A stretch of 64,000 bases of DNA from Vicinamibacteria bacterium (lineage in GTDB: Bacteria > Acidobacteriota > Vicinamibacteria > Marinacidobacterales > Marinacidobacteraceae). The notes below the pieces were generated by a model. It was not told the DNA's origin and made no database searches. It worked only from the letters and a program-made list of their open reading frames with translations. This document shows positions 22,568-35,706 of the stretch, one piece after another. The translations under genes were made by a program, and so were the position numbers. Position 1 is the first letter of the stretch, and each line of letters starts with the position of its first letter. The stretch is from positions 2,176,001 through 2,240,000 of the forward strand of contig OZ241322.1 in the NCBI GenBank assembly GCA_965199715.1, in the 5' to 3' direction.

Positions 22568-24577
22568 ATGCGCTTTCTTCTGACGCTGCTCGCCGCGTTC
22601 GCCGTGCTGCCCGCCGCCGCGCAGGACGGCAGGCGGAACCTCGAACTCGAGGACTACCTCTCGTGGGAGGCGGCGCGGAACCCGCAGATCGCTCCCGACG
22701 GCGGCCTCGTCGCCTACGAGCGGCGGTTCGTGGACGCGGTCAACGACCGGTGGAACACGGAGATCTGGGCCATGGCCCCCGACGGTGGGAACCACCGGAT
22801 GCTGGTCAAGGGCTCCGGGCCCGTCTGGTCCCCCGACAGCTCCCGGATCGCGTTCATCCGATCCGGCCAGATCTTCGTGATCGGGATCGGCGGCGCGCAG
22901 CAGGAAAGCCAGGTCACGCGGATCGAGAACTCGCCTTCGGATGTCCGCTGGCGCCCCGACGGCGAGGCGCTCCTCTTCCGCGCGGTCGCTCCGCCCGCCC
23001 CGGACGACGCCTGGAGCATCGACATGCCGGAGGCTCCGGAGGGCGCGGAGTGGACCGGTCCGCCCCGGATCGTGACTCGCCTCAACTACCGCCGGGACGG
23101 TTCCGGGTACACGCCCGCGGGATACCGGCACATCTTCCTCGTGCCGGCGGACGGCGGAACGCCCCGGCAGCTCACCTCGGGCGACTACCACCACGACGGC
23201 GCCCGGTTCCTCGGCGACGGCGGCGGCATCGTCTTCAGCTCGCTGCGGACGACGGACGCCGAGCACGCCTGGCGCGAGTCGGAGATCTTCAAGCTGGACC
23301 TCGAGAGCGGCGATCTCACCGCGCTCACCGACCGGGTCGGCCCCGACTCGGGACCGGTCCCGAGCCCCGATGGCGAGCACGTCGCGTACACGGGAATGGA
23401 CTTCACGACGGACACCTACCGCGAGGAGACGCTTCAGGTGATTCGCGCCGACGGGAGCGGCGCGGCCGTGCTGGCGACCGAGATGGGGCGGCGGCCGGGT
23501 GTCGTCGGATGGGCCGCCGACGGGAGCGGCGTGTACTTCAACGCGCAGCTCAAGGGGACGAGCAACCTTTACTTCGCCCCGCTCGACGGCGAGGCGCGCC
23601 CGGTCAGCGCCGGGAACCACATGCTCTCCGTGTCGTCGGTCTCGAACGACGGGACGGCGGTGGGCGTGCGCACCTCGTACCACAACCCCGGCGACCTGGT
23701 CTCGTTTCCGGTGGATGCGCCCGACCGGGTCGCGAGCCTCCACCAGACCAACGCGTCGTTTCTCGCCGACGTCCGGCTCGGGGACGTGGAGGAGGTCTGG
23801 TACAAGGCGCCGGACGGCCTCGACGTCCACGGCTGGATCGTGAAGCCGCCGGACTTCGACCCGAGGCGGAAGTACCCGCTCATCCTGCGCATCCATGGCG
23901 GCCCGCACGCCATGTACAACTCCGGGTTCGACTTCAAGAACCACGACCACGCTGCCAACGGGTACGTGGTGCTGTACACGAACCCCCGCGGCAGCAGCGG
24001 TTACGGCAGCGCGTTCGGGAACGAGATCAAGAACGCCTATCCGGGGGAGGACTACGACGACCTGATGGCGGGCGTGGACGAGGTGATCTCGCGCGGGTAC
24101 ATCGACGAGCGGAACCTGTTCGTTTACGGCGGCAGCGGCGGCGGCGTGCTCACCTCGTGGATCGTGGGCCGCAACGACCGGTTCACGGCGGCCGTCGCGA
24201 AGGCGCCGGTGACCAACTGGCTGAGCTTCGTGGGCACCACCGACGGCGCTTCGTGGTACCGGAACTTCGAGAAGATGCCGTGGGACGACCCCGAGGAGCA
24301 CCTGCGCCGCTCCACGCTCATGTACGTCGGGAACGTGACCACGCCGACCATGCTCATGACCGGCGACCGCGACCTGCGCACGCCGATGGAGCAGACCGAG
24401 CAGTACTACCGCGCGCTCAAGATGCGCAAGGTGCCGACGGCGATGGTGCGCCTCACCGACGGCTGGCACAGCCGCAGCCTCCCGCCGACGAACTTCCTGC
24501 GGGTCCAGTTGCTGCTGCGCAAGTGGTTCGAGCGCTTCGCCGTGGGGGACGAGATGACGACCGACCAGCAGGACTGA
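22568..24577 (+). CDS. S9-family peptidase (acylaminoacyl/dipeptidyl peptidase-like), secreted
   Basis: PD40 propeller, IHGGPH, NPRGSSGYG, GGSGGG nucleophile, D.RTP, GWH. GGAGGTG RBS. Confidence 0.92.
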   Translation: MRFLLTLLAAFAVLPAAAQDGRRNLELEDYLSWEAARNPQIAPDGGLVAYERRFVDAVNDRWNTEIWAMAPDGGNHRMLVKGSGPVWSPDSSRIAFIRSGQIFVIGIGGAQQESQVTRIENSPSDVRWRPDGEALLFRAVAPPAPDDAWSIDMPEAPEGAEWTGPPRIVTRLNYRRDGSGYTPAGYRHIFLVPADGGTPRQLTSGDYHHDGARFLGDGGGIVFSSLRTTDAEHAWRESEIFKLDLESGDLTALTDRVGPDSGPVPSPDGEHVAYTGMDFTTDTYREETLQVIRADGSGAAVLATEMGRRPGVVGWAADGSGVYFNAQLKGTSNLYFAPLDGEARPVSAGNHMLSVSSVSNDGTAVGVRTSYHNPGDLVSFPVDAPDRVASLHQTNASFLADVRLGDVEEVWYKAPDGLDVHGWIVKPPDFDPRRKYPLILRIHGGPHAMYNSGFDFKNHDHAANGYVVLYTNPRGSSGYGSAFGNEIKNAYPGEDYDDLMAGVDEVISRGYIDERNLFVYGGSGGGVLTSWIVGRNDRFTAAVAKAPVTNWLSFVGTTDGASWYRNFEKMPWDDPEEHLRRSTLMYVGNVTTPTMLMTGDRDLRTPMEQTEQYYRALKMRKVPTAMVRLTDGWHSRSLPPTNFLRVQLLLRKWFERFAVGDEMTTDQQD

Positions 24578-24699
24578 CCGGTTTCTCTGGAGCGGTGGCG
24601 GCCAGTCCGCGTTCGCCGCGTCCCCGTGTCGGTCCTCAGTGGGACGGTCTGCGGATTCCGGCGGCCGGCCGGACCCGGACTCCGTCCAACCCGGACCCG

Positions 24700-24870
24700 G
24701 GTGGCGACCTCTGGCGGCCAACTCCTCGGGCGCAGGGTCCTCGAACCGGTGCGCCTGTCTCGCCTCATCCACTCATCGCGCCCGATCTCCATGTTGGCGT
24801 TGAGGTCGTCGCGAATCTTCCGCATGAGCGCGAGGCCGCGGAGCCCCGGCGCGGCGCAGTCAACCGGCAT
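24700..24870 (-). pseudogene. Small partner (antitoxin-like) of the PIN gene, degenerate
   Basis: ATG 24870 overlaps the PIN end. LALMRKIRDDLNANME resembles the short proteins that follow this PIN family. Confidence 0.4.
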
Positions 24871-25325
24871 AGTCCACCATCGCGGGCGCGGTGATCTCGA
24901 CAGCGGGATGGCCGAGACTCCGGTTCACGGCGTTGTAGGTGGCCCGGTCCGGAAACCGGTCCATGGGCGTGAAGCACCAAGAGGCGAGGCAGTCCGCCCC
25001 TGCGAGAGTGGGATGGCGACGTGGAGGGCGTCGGTGCGGTGGTTCGGGCTGCATGCGCCGACCTCGATGTAGGCGTCGGCGAGCCGGTCGGCCTCGCGCG
25101 AGGCCCGCACGACTTCCACATGGGCGTCGGGGACGCCGCCCATGATCGAGCGAACGGGCCTCGGAGCTCCGGCGAGCTCGTGAAGCGCCACGTCGGAGAT
25201 GACGAGGACCGCGAGTCCTCGCCGGATGGCGCCGAGCAGCCGGTGCGTCGGACGATCGAACAGCTCGTCCTCGAGACCGGCGAGCACGGTCGTGTCCATG
25301 TGCGTCCGCGGCTGCCGGATCGGCG
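24860..25325 (-). pseudogene. PIN-domain (VapC-like) toxin, frameshifted, start lost
   Basis: RTHMDTTVLAG..DE.F, VISDVALHEL..AP, LADAYI, DALHVAI / TLAGADCLASW...YNAVN..LGHP.VEI. Frameshift near 25010. Confidence 0.8.
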
Positions 25326-25331
25326 GGGGCG

Positions 25332-26050
25332 GCTCTTCGGCGACGACGTGGAGACCCTCGGGCACGAGGCCACGCGCGCGATCGTCGCCGCCGGCGGCTC
25401 CGCGTCCGGGACGGCGCGGGACGCCTTCGTCGTTCCGATTCCGGGCCGCATCACGGCTCTCGAGCGCGACCTGGAGGCGGCGGCGGAGGCCGAACGCCCG
25501 GCCCTCGAGCGCGAGTTGGCCACCACGAGGGCCTACGGCGAGGCGCTCGCCGAGATCGCGCCGGTCCCGCCCACGATGACGCTCGCCGAGCGCATGACCC
25601 TCCACCGGGGCGGCCACGAGATCCAGTTGCTGTGGTTCGGCCGCGGCCACCCGCCTGGAGACGTGGTGGTGTTCCTGCCCGAGCGGCGCGTGCTCGTCAC
25701 CGGCGACCTGATTCCGTTCGGACTTCCGTTCATGGGCGACGGGTTCCCCGAGTGGGGCGACACGATCCGCGCCGTCGCCGAACTGGACTTCGAGGTCGTC
25801 CTGCCGGGCCACGGCCCGCCGTTCGAGGGTCGCGAGCGCCTGCCGCATCCGGCGGCGTACCTGGACGATTCTGGGCGGGCGCGGCCGAGGCCCGCGAGAC
25901 GGGCCTCTCGGCCGAAGAGGCCGCCGCGACCCTCGACCTGACCGCCCACGCCGCCAACTACCCGTCGATCGACGGGCCGGGCGCTCCGCTGATCGCGGTC
26001 GAACGCGCCTACCGGCTGCTCGCGGAGAATCGCGACGGAGGGACTCGCCG
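25332..26050 (+). pseudogene. MBL-fold hydrolase (cyclase-like), 5'-truncated and frameshifted
   Basis: GRGHPPGDVVVFLPERRVLVTGDL and VLPGHG are present, but HxHxDH and a start codon are not. Frameshift near 25870. Confidence 0.8.
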
Positions 26051-26085
26051 TTGCCAGCGGGCCGCCGGCGGCCCAAAATGGGCGC
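26051..26085 (+). promoter_or_regulatory. Sigma70-like promoter, probably leaderless, for ggt
   Basis: TTGCCA (26051) - 17 nt - CAAAAT (26074) - 6 nt - ATG 26086. Confidence 0.5.
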
Positions 26086-27999
26086 ATGAGACGCACGCTT
26101 CCGGGACTCGTGTCCCTCCTCGTCCTCTCCGCAACGGTCGCCGGAGCGCGGCCCCAGAAGCCGGTGCTCCACGGCCGCCACTGGATGGCCATCACCGGCA
26201 AGCCGCTCGGCGCGACCGCGGGCGCCATGATCTTCCAGCAGGGCGGGAACGCGGTGGACGCGGCCTGCGCCATGCTGGGCGCGACCGCCACCATGTTCGA
26301 CGCGCTGAGCTGGGGCGGCGAGACGCAGGCGCTGATCTGGCACCCGGAGCTCGAGAAGGTCATAGGAATCAACGCGCTGGGCGTCGCGCCCACCGGCGCC
26401 ACGCCCGAGTTCTTCCGCGGGCGGGGGATGGACTACCCGCCCGCCGTGGGCCCGCTCGCGGCGGTGACGCCGGGCACGCCGGGCGGGCTCATGGTCATGC
26501 TCGCCGAGTACGGCACGATGTCCCTCGCCCAGGTCCTCGCGCCCTCGATCCAGATGGCCGACGGCTACCCGATCGAGGCGGCGGCGGCGCGCGGCATTCA
26601 GCGGGGCGCGGACCGCATCGCCGAGTGGCCCTACTCGCGGCGCACGCTGCTCCCGCACCGGGACTCGCGCTCCGGCTCCTCCGGCCCGCAGGACGAGACC
26701 GGCAACTACTGGGACCGGGAGGACTCGACGACCCGCGAGTTCAACGCCGGCGGGCCGCTTCCGGGCGAGATCTTCCGCCAGCCCGAGCTCGCGAACACGC
26801 TGCGCAAGCTCGTCGAGGCCGAGGCCGAGGCGCTCGCGGCCGGCATGGACCGCAAGGCCGCCATCCTCGCCGCCTACGACCGCTTCTACAAGGGCGACAT
26901 CGCCGAGGAGTTCGCCCGCGGCGTCCAGGAGCAAGGCGGCATCATCACGACCGACGACCTCGCCAACTGGAAGGTCCACATCGAGGAGCCCGTCTCCACG
27001 TCGTACCGGGACGTCGAGGTGTACAAGCTCACCCACTGGGTGCAGGGGCCGGTGCTCCTCCAGGCGCTGAACATCCTCGAGCCGCTCGACGTCGGCTCGA
27101 TGGGCTACAACAGCAGCCGCTACATCCACACGCTCTACCAGGCGATGAGCCTCGCCTTCGCCGACCGCGACTTCTACTACGGCGACCCGTACTTCCCGCC
27201 CGAGGAGCCCATCATGGGGCTGCTCTCGAAGGACTACGCGGCGCTGCGGGCGGAACTGATCCGGCCCGACCGCAACGACCCGCACATCGGCCCCGGCGAT
27301 CCGTACCCGTTCCAGGGTGGCGAGAACCCGTTCGGCGAGTATCTCGACCGCTTCTCGGGCGGAACGGGCCAGCCGACCACGGAGGAGGAGCGCGAGGAGT
27401 TCCTCGATGGATTCCTCGCCGGCACGACCTCGATCCAGGCCGCGGACGCCTCGGGCTGGGTGGTCTCGGTCACGCCGAGCGGCGGCTGGCTCCCGGCGGT
27501 CCTCGCCGGCGAGACCGGCATCGGCCTCAGCCAGCGCATGCAGAGCTTCGTGCTCGACCCGGCGATGAACCCCTACAACGTTCTCGAGCCGGGCAAGCGC
27601 CCGCGCGCCACGCTCACCCCGAGCCTCGCGCTCAAGGACGGCGCCCCCTTCCTGTCGTTCGCGGTCCAGGGCGGCGACGGGCAGGACCAGAACCTGCTGC
27701 AGTTCTTCCTGAACGTCGTCGAGTTCGGGATGAACGTGCAGGAGGCCGCCGAGGCCGCCAATTTCAACAGCTACCAGATGCGCAGCTCGTTCGGCGCCCA
27801 CGACTCCGACCCGGGCTCGATCCTGCTCCACGACGACACCCCGCCGTGGACGCGGGGCGAGCTCGAGAAGATGGGCTACCGCCTCCGCTTCGCGCCGCGC
27901 ACTTCGGGGCCGATCAACGCCATCTGGTTCGACCGCGTCCACGGCACCTTCTGGGGCGGGTCCAGCCAGCACGGCGAGGACTACGGGGTGGCGTGGTGA
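26086..27999 (+). CDS. ggt: Gamma-glutamyltransferase
   Basis: GGNAVDAA, GGETQALI, FYKGDIA, AFADRD, catalytic Thr in GTTS, PGKRPRATLTP, QGGDGQDQ. Confidence 0.92.
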   Translation: MRRTLPGLVSLLVLSATVAGARPQKPVLHGRHWMAITGKPLGATAGAMIFQQGGNAVDAACAMLGATATMFDALSWGGETQALIWHPELEKVIGINALGVAPTGATPEFFRGRGMDYPPAVGPLAAVTPGTPGGLMVMLAEYGTMSLAQVLAPSIQMADGYPIEAAAARGIQRGADRIAEWPYSRRTLLPHRDSRSGSSGPQDETGNYWDREDSTTREFNAGGPLPGEIFRQPELANTLRKLVEAEAEALAAGMDRKAAILAAYDRFYKGDIAEEFARGVQEQGGIITTDDLANWKVHIEEPVSTSYRDVEVYKLTHWVQGPVLLQALNILEPLDVGSMGYNSSRYIHTLYQAMSLAFADRDFYYGDPYFPPEEPIMGLLSKDYAALRAELIRPDRNDPHIGPGDPYPFQGGENPFGEYLDRFSGGTGQPTTEEEREEFLDGFLAGTTSIQAADASGWVVSVTPSGGWLPAVLAGETGIGLSQRMQSFVLDPAMNPYNVLEPGKRPRATLTPSLALKDGAPFLSFAVQGGDGQDQNLLQFFLNVVEFGMNVQEAAEAANFNSYQMRSSFGAHDSDPGSILLHDDTPPWTRGELEKMGYRLRFAPRTSGPINAIWFDRVHGTFWGGSSQHGEDYGVAW

Positions 28000-30110
28000 C
28001 GCGCCCGCTGCTCGCCGCGCTGCTCGTCGCGCATCCGGCGGCGGCGCAGGAGCCCGCGACGATCGAGGTCACGCCCGCCGAACTGGAGCTGCGCGCCGGC
28101 GACACGGCGCAGCTCGAAGCCGTCGTCCGCGACGCGGACGGCATGGTCGTCGAGGACGCCGAAGTCCTCTACCTGCCGCTGTACGGCCAGTACTGGAACC
28201 TCGAACACCGCACCTGGGGCTTCAACATCTTCAAGGTCTCGCCCGACGGCGAGGTCTCGACCCGCGCTCCGGGCGACTTCGAGATCATGGTCCGGGTCGT
28301 CGAAGGCGGCCCCGACCGCTCGGCCCGCGACGCCGAGGCGGACGGTTACGTCGAGCAGCGCGTCCCGGTGACGATCCGCCCGGCGCCCGTGGCCTCGCTG
28401 ACGCTTTCCGCCGCGGGACCGCTGTACGCCGGCACCGAGGTCGTCGTGGAGGCGGACGCCGTGGACGCGATGGGCGACCCGGTCCAGGGTCTCACCGTCG
28501 CGTTGGCGAGCTCCGACCCCGCGATCGCGCTTCCGGTCTCCCGGCCGCCCACGACCGCCCGCGAGCCGACCCGCGGCCTCGTCCGCCTCGTCGGCCCGGG
28601 AACCGCGACGCTCACGGCGACCGGCGGCGACGCGACCGCCTCGATGGACGTCGAGGTCCTTCCGAACCCGGTGACCCGCCTCGAAATCGAGGCCGATCGC
28701 GAGATGGTCCGCACTGGCGACGTGGTGACCTTCACGGCCACGGCGTTCACCGAATCCGGCGAGACCGGCGCCGTGCCGGTGGGCTTCAGCGTCTCGGCGG
28801 TGACCGACTCGATGGGAGCGGGCGGTCCCTCGACCGGGCTCGTCACTCCCGACGGACGCTTCGTGGCCGACCTCCCCGGCGTGTACACGGTGGTCGCCCA
28901 CACCGGCGGCGCCTCCGCATCGCAAGGGATCCAGGTCGGCGACCGGAATGTCCGGCGGCACATCGAGCTGGTCGGGCACGGCCGGGTCAGCGACCGCGCG
29001 ACCTCGGATCTCTGGGTATGGGAGGCGCCGAACGGCCGCGACTACGCGATCACGGGCACCCACAGCGCCGAGGGCCACGCCTACATCTGGGACGTGACCA
29101 ACCCCGAGAGCATCGAGATCGCCGACGTGGTCAAGGTGGACGCCCGCACCGTGAACGACGTGAAGATTTCCGAGGACGGCGCGACCGCGGTGATCTCCCG
29201 CGAGGGAGCCTCGAACCGCCGCAACGGGCTCGTCATCCTCGACGTGTCCGACCCCTCGGTCGGCGTGCGCGTCCTCGCCCGCTACGACGACCAGCTCACC
29301 GGCGGCGTCCACAACACCTTCATCCACGAGGGGCACGTGTACGCGCTTTCGGGCGGACGACGCTTCGACATCGTCAACATCGAGGATCCGGCGGCGCCCC
29401 ACCGGGTCGGCAGCTTCGCGCTCGACAGTCCGGGCCGCTCCATCCACGACGTCTGGGTCGTCGAGGGCGTGGCCTATTCGGCCAACTGGAAGGACGGCGT
29501 GGCCGTGATCGACGTGGGCGGCGGAACCCGCGGCGGATCCCCTCAGAACCCGGTGCTCATGGGCCAGTTCCCGTTCCCCACCGGATGGAACCACGCGGTC
29601 TATCCCTACCGCAGCGAGTCCACCGGCAAGCTCTACATCTTCGCCGGCGACGAGGCGGCCCGCACCGGGCGCTACAGCCCGCAGGCGGAGATCGGGACCG
29701 GGACCCCCGGCTACGAGAACGAGCCCACCCGCTGGCGGGGCTGGATCCACATCCTCGAATGGGACGAGGACTTCGAGAGCCCGGCGCGGCTCGTGGGGCG
29801 CTACGAGGTGCCCGAGGCGGGCAGCCACAACATCTGGATCGAGGACGACGTCATGTACGTCGCGTTCTACAACGGCGGCCTCCGGGTCGTGGATGTCTCG
29901 GGCGAGCTGCTCGGCAACCTCTACCGCCAGGGCCGCGAGATCGCCCGATTCCTTCCGCTGGACCCCGAGGGCTTCCTGCCGAACGCGCCGCAGGTCTGGG
30001 GCGCGCAGCCGCACAAGGGCCACATCTTCTTCTCGGACCGGAACTCGGGCCTGTGGGCGGTCCGCCTCGTCGAGGCCGCGGACATGGCCGCGACCGACGC
30101 GCAGCAGTAG
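27996..30110 (+). CDS. Secreted Ig-like (Big_2) + LVIVD-repeat protein
   Basis: Signal peptide, IEVTP/ASSDP Ig repeats, LVIVD repeats (LVILDVSDP, VHNTF, IHDVWV, SHNIW, YNGGLRVVDVS). GTGA overlap with ggt. Confidence 0.8.
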   Translation: MTRPLLAALLVAHPAAAQEPATIEVTPAELELRAGDTAQLEAVVRDADGMVVEDAEVLYLPLYGQYWNLEHRTWGFNIFKVSPDGEVSTRAPGDFEIMVRVVEGGPDRSARDAEADGYVEQRVPVTIRPAPVASLTLSAAGPLYAGTEVVVEADAVDAMGDPVQGLTVALASSDPAIALPVSRPPTTAREPTRGLVRLVGPGTATLTATGGDATASMDVEVLPNPVTRLEIEADREMVRTGDVVTFTATAFTESGETGAVPVGFSVSAVTDSMGAGGPSTGLVTPDGRFVADLPGVYTVVAHTGGASASQGIQVGDRNVRRHIELVGHGRVSDRATSDLWVWEAPNGRDYAITGTHSAEGHAYIWDVTNPESIEIADVVKVDARTVNDVKISEDGATAVISREGASNRRNGLVILDVSDPSVGVRVLARYDDQLTGGVHNTFIHEGHVYALSGGRRFDIVNIEDPAAPHRVGSFALDSPGRSIHDVWVVEGVAYSANWKDGVAVIDVGGGTRGGSPQNPVLMGQFPFPTGWNHAVYPYRSESTGKLYIFAGDEAARTGRYSPQAEIGTGTPGYENEPTRWRGWIHILEWDEDFESPARLVGRYEVPEAGSHNIWIEDDVMYVAFYNGGLRVVDVSGELLGNLYRQGREIARFLPLDPEGFLPNAPQVWGAQPHKGHIFFSDRNSGLWAVRLVEAADMAATDAQQ

Positions 30111-30116
30111 GGAGGA

Positions 30117-31346
30117 TCAGCCGGGACCGGCGGCCGGGGCGCCGCGGCGGATGCCGCCCACGACGGTGAGCAGATCCTCCACGTCCCGGTCGCCGAAATC
30201 CCCGTCGCTCGTGGCGTCGGCGATCGCCCGGGCGGCGCGCCAGACGTCGAGGATCCCGAGCCTGCCGTCCCGGTTCAGGTCACCGAGCGTGTCGAACGCG
30301 GCGTCGATCTCCTCGCCCCGCCGGTCGGCGTCCGGGCGCAGCGCGTCGTGGGACAACTGCCGCAACTGCTGGATCGCGGCGGCGCGCTGGCCGCCGGGAT
30401 CCACGATGTAGCCGAGAAACCCGAACAGGCCGAGGCTCAGGCAGACCCCGCCCGCGGCCGCGGTCCCGAGCACCAGCAGGCCGAGCCGCCGCCGTCCGAC
30501 GGACACCCGCTTGAGGTCGTCGCCGATGGAGAGAGCTTCGGGCGGGGGCGGGGGAAAGTCGGGGGCGACGCCCGGGGGCGGAGACGTCCGCTGCATCCGC
30601 CGCACCCAGACGGTCAGCACGATCGCCAGAATGCCGAGCGCGGGAACGAGGATGCCGGGCGGGGTCCACACGGGCTCGCCCAGCGTGTCGAGGTCGGCGA
30701 GGTTGAACAGCAGGAGAGCCGCGGCGTTGTGGAAGAAGTGGATCGCGATCGGGACGAGGATGCTCCCGGTGGCCGCCGCGGCGATCCCGAGGACGACCCC
30801 GGCCACGAAGTAGTTGGGCAGGATCAGCCCGTGCATCACCGTGAACAGCAGCGCGGTGACGCAGATCGCCCCGGCCCGGCCGAGGCGGTGGAGCCCGGTC
30901 TGGATCACGCCCCGGAACAGGAGCTCCTCGGACACGGCGGCCCCGACGCAGACCCCGGCGAGCCGAATCCCCCACTCGATGAACCCGTCGGCGCGGATCA
31001 TCTGGTTGAGGCTCTCGAGGAAGGCCGGATCCAGCGGCATGACCTGCTGGGCGAGGTTCGCGAGCTGGTCGCTGACCACGAAGAGCCCGAGCGCCACCGG
31101 CGCCGACAGCAGGAGATCCGACAGCCGCGCCGGGCGGAGCAGGAACACCGGGTACGGGCGCAGTCGGAACACCCGGATCGCGCCGACCGCGATCACGAGC
31201 GTCGCCGCCGGGATGAGCAGCATCGCGACCTCGATCGGGAGGCCCGACCGGCCCAGCAGGAAGCCCAGCCCGAGGATCGACGCCAGCGCGGTCAAGAAGG
31301 TCAGGAAGACCTGCGAAGCCGTTGCGACGCCGAGGCGTTTCTTCAC
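30117..31346 (-). CDS. CPBP (Abi/CAAX) intramembrane metalloprotease with C-terminal extension
   Basis: SEELLFRG, FTVMH, IHFFHN, multiple TM helices. Confidence 0.88.
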   Translation of the reverse strand: MKKRLGVATASQVFLTFLTALASILGLGFLLGRSGLPIEVAMLLIPAATLVIAVGAIRVFRLRPYPVFLLRPARLSDLLLSAPVALGLFVVSDQLANLAQQVMPLDPAFLESLNQMIRADGFIEWGIRLAGVCVGAAVSEELLFRGVIQTGLHRLGRAGAICVTALLFTVMHGLILPNYFVAGVVLGIAAAATGSILVPIAIHFFHNAAALLLFNLADLDTLGEPVWTPPGILVPALGILAIVLTVWVRRMQRTSPPPGVAPDFPPPPPEALSIGDDLKRVSVGRRRLGLLVLGTAAAGGVCLSLGLFGFLGYIVDPGGQRAAAIQQLRQLSHDALRPDADRRGEEIDAAFDTLGDLNRDGRLGILDVWRAARAIADATSDGDFGDRDVEDLLTVVGGIRRGAPAAGPG

Positions 31347-31361
31347 GTATCGCGGTGGTAA

Positions 31362-34139
<2,778 letters not shown>

Positions 34140-34148
34140 GATGCATGC

Positions 34149-34337
34149 ATGGCTTCGTTTCTTCTCTGGGCGCTCCTGTTCGTCGTCTGCTGGCCGGTCG
34201 CGCTGCTCGCGCTCGTCCTGTGGCCCGTCGTCTGGCTGCTGCTCCTGCCGTTCCGTCTGCTCGGAATCGCCGTCGATGGCGCGTTCTCGCTGCTGCGGGC
34301 GATGGTGACCCCGCCGGCCCGGGTGTTCGGTGGCTGA
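34149..34337 (+). CDS. Small hydrophobic hypothetical protein
   Basis: 62-aa hydrophobic ORF (CWPVALLAL...LLPFRLLGIAV) preceded by TAGGAT + 6 nt. Overlaps the next gene. Confidence 0.7.
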   Translation: MASFLLWALLFVVCWPVALLALVLWPVVWLLLLPFRLLGIAVDGAFSLLRAMVTPPARVFGG

Positions 34338-35706
34338 CGTCCTCCGGCGCGAGCTGGCCGGGCTCGATGTCGCGCCGCTGACTTCGGGCGCGCTCGCCGG
34401 ACGCTGGCGCAAGGCGTCGCTTCCGCCGCTGCCCGGCCCGTGCGAGCCCGGAGCGATCGCGCGGCTGCGCGAGAACCCGGGCGACGCGGCCGAACAAGCC
34501 CGCGCCCGCGCCGCGGGCGACGAACTGGGGGCGTTCATCCGGGTGTGCGCCCCAGCGTCCGAGCGCGTCGAGGGGCCTCTCGCCGGGATCCCGTTCACGG
34601 TCAAGGACATCGTGGACGTGCGCGGGCTCCCGACGACCTCCGGTTCGCTCTTCCCCCGCGACGCCGAAGCGGACGCGCCGGCGTGGGCGCGGCTCGCCAC
34701 CGCGGGCGCGATCCTCATCGGCAAGACGAACCTCCACGAGTGGGCGTTCGGGCTTACCGGCGAGAACCCGCACTTCGGAACGATCCGCAACCCGGCGGAC
34801 CGCCAGCGGAGCGCGGGCGGCTCGTCGTCGGGGTCGGCCGCCGCGCTGGCCGCCGGAATCGGCTACGGCTCGATCGGCACCGACACCGGCGGTTCCATCC
34901 GGATTCCGGGCGCGCTCACCGGAACCGCCGGCCTGAAGCCCTCGTACGGGCGGGTTTCCGCCGAAGGCGTGACTCCGCTCTCGTGGAGCCTCGACCACGT
35001 GGGGCCGATGGCCCGGACCGCCGCCGACCTCGACCTCATCTGGTCGGTTCTCGCCGGAGTCCCCGAGCGGGCGGCCACCCGGTCGCCCCGCCCGCTCGAC
35101 GGAATCCGCCTCGGCGTTCCCGAGACCTTCTTCTTCGAGAATCTCGTCCCCGAGGCGAAGGCGGCGACGGAAGCGGCGATCCGCGCCCTCGAAGGCCTCG
35201 GCGCCGCGCCCGAATCGGTCGCGATCCCCGAAATCGCCCTCGCGGCCCCGGCGCGCAACCTGATCGCCTTCGCCGAGGCGGCGGCGTTCCATCGGGAGCG
35301 CATGCGCCAGCGCCCCGGCGACTTCGGCGCCGACGTGCGGCGGAATCTCGAGGCCGGGGGCCGGATCGCGGCGGACGACCTCATGGCGGCGCTCTCGGCG
35401 CGGCGCCTCGTGACCGACGCCGTCTCGCGGACGCTGCGCGACGTGGACGCCCTCGTGGTCCCGACCGCGCCGACGGGCGCGCCCCGCATCGGGGCGGCCG
35501 AGCTGGACAACGGCGAGCCGGTCCGTCCGGGGCTGATGCGGCTCGTCGGCCCGTTCAACCTGACCGGACACCCGGTCGCGCAGGTTCCGGCCGGCCGGGA
35601 CGCCGCCGGGCTCCCGCTCGGGGTCCAGATCGTCGGGCCGCACGGCGGCGAGGATCGCGTCCTCGGGATCGCCCGATGGCTGGAGGCGGTACATTCCGCA
35701 AGGTGA
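34330..35706 (+). CDS. Amidase-signature family amidase
   Basis: VKD, GKTNLHE, GGSSSGS, GTDTGGSIRIP, GLKPSYG, PFNLTGHP. Confidence 0.92.
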   Translation: MADVLRRELAGLDVAPLTSGALAGRWRKASLPPLPGPCEPGAIARLRENPGDAAEQARARAAGDELGAFIRVCAPASERVEGPLAGIPFTVKDIVDVRGLPTTSGSLFPRDAEADAPAWARLATAGAILIGKTNLHEWAFGLTGENPHFGTIRNPADRQRSAGGSSSGSAAALAAGIGYGSIGTDTGGSIRIPGALTGTAGLKPSYGRVSAEGVTPLSWSLDHVGPMARTAADLDLIWSVLAGVPERAATRSPRPLDGIRLGVPETFFFENLVPEAKAATEAAIRALEGLGAAPESVAIPEIALAAPARNLIAFAEAAAFHRERMRQRPGDFGADVRRNLEAGGRIAADDLMAALSARRLVTDAVSRTLRDVDALVVPTAPTGAPRIGAAELDNGEPVRPGLMRLVGPFNLTGHPVAQVPAGRDAAGLPLGVQIVGPHGGEDRVLGIARWLEAVHSAR

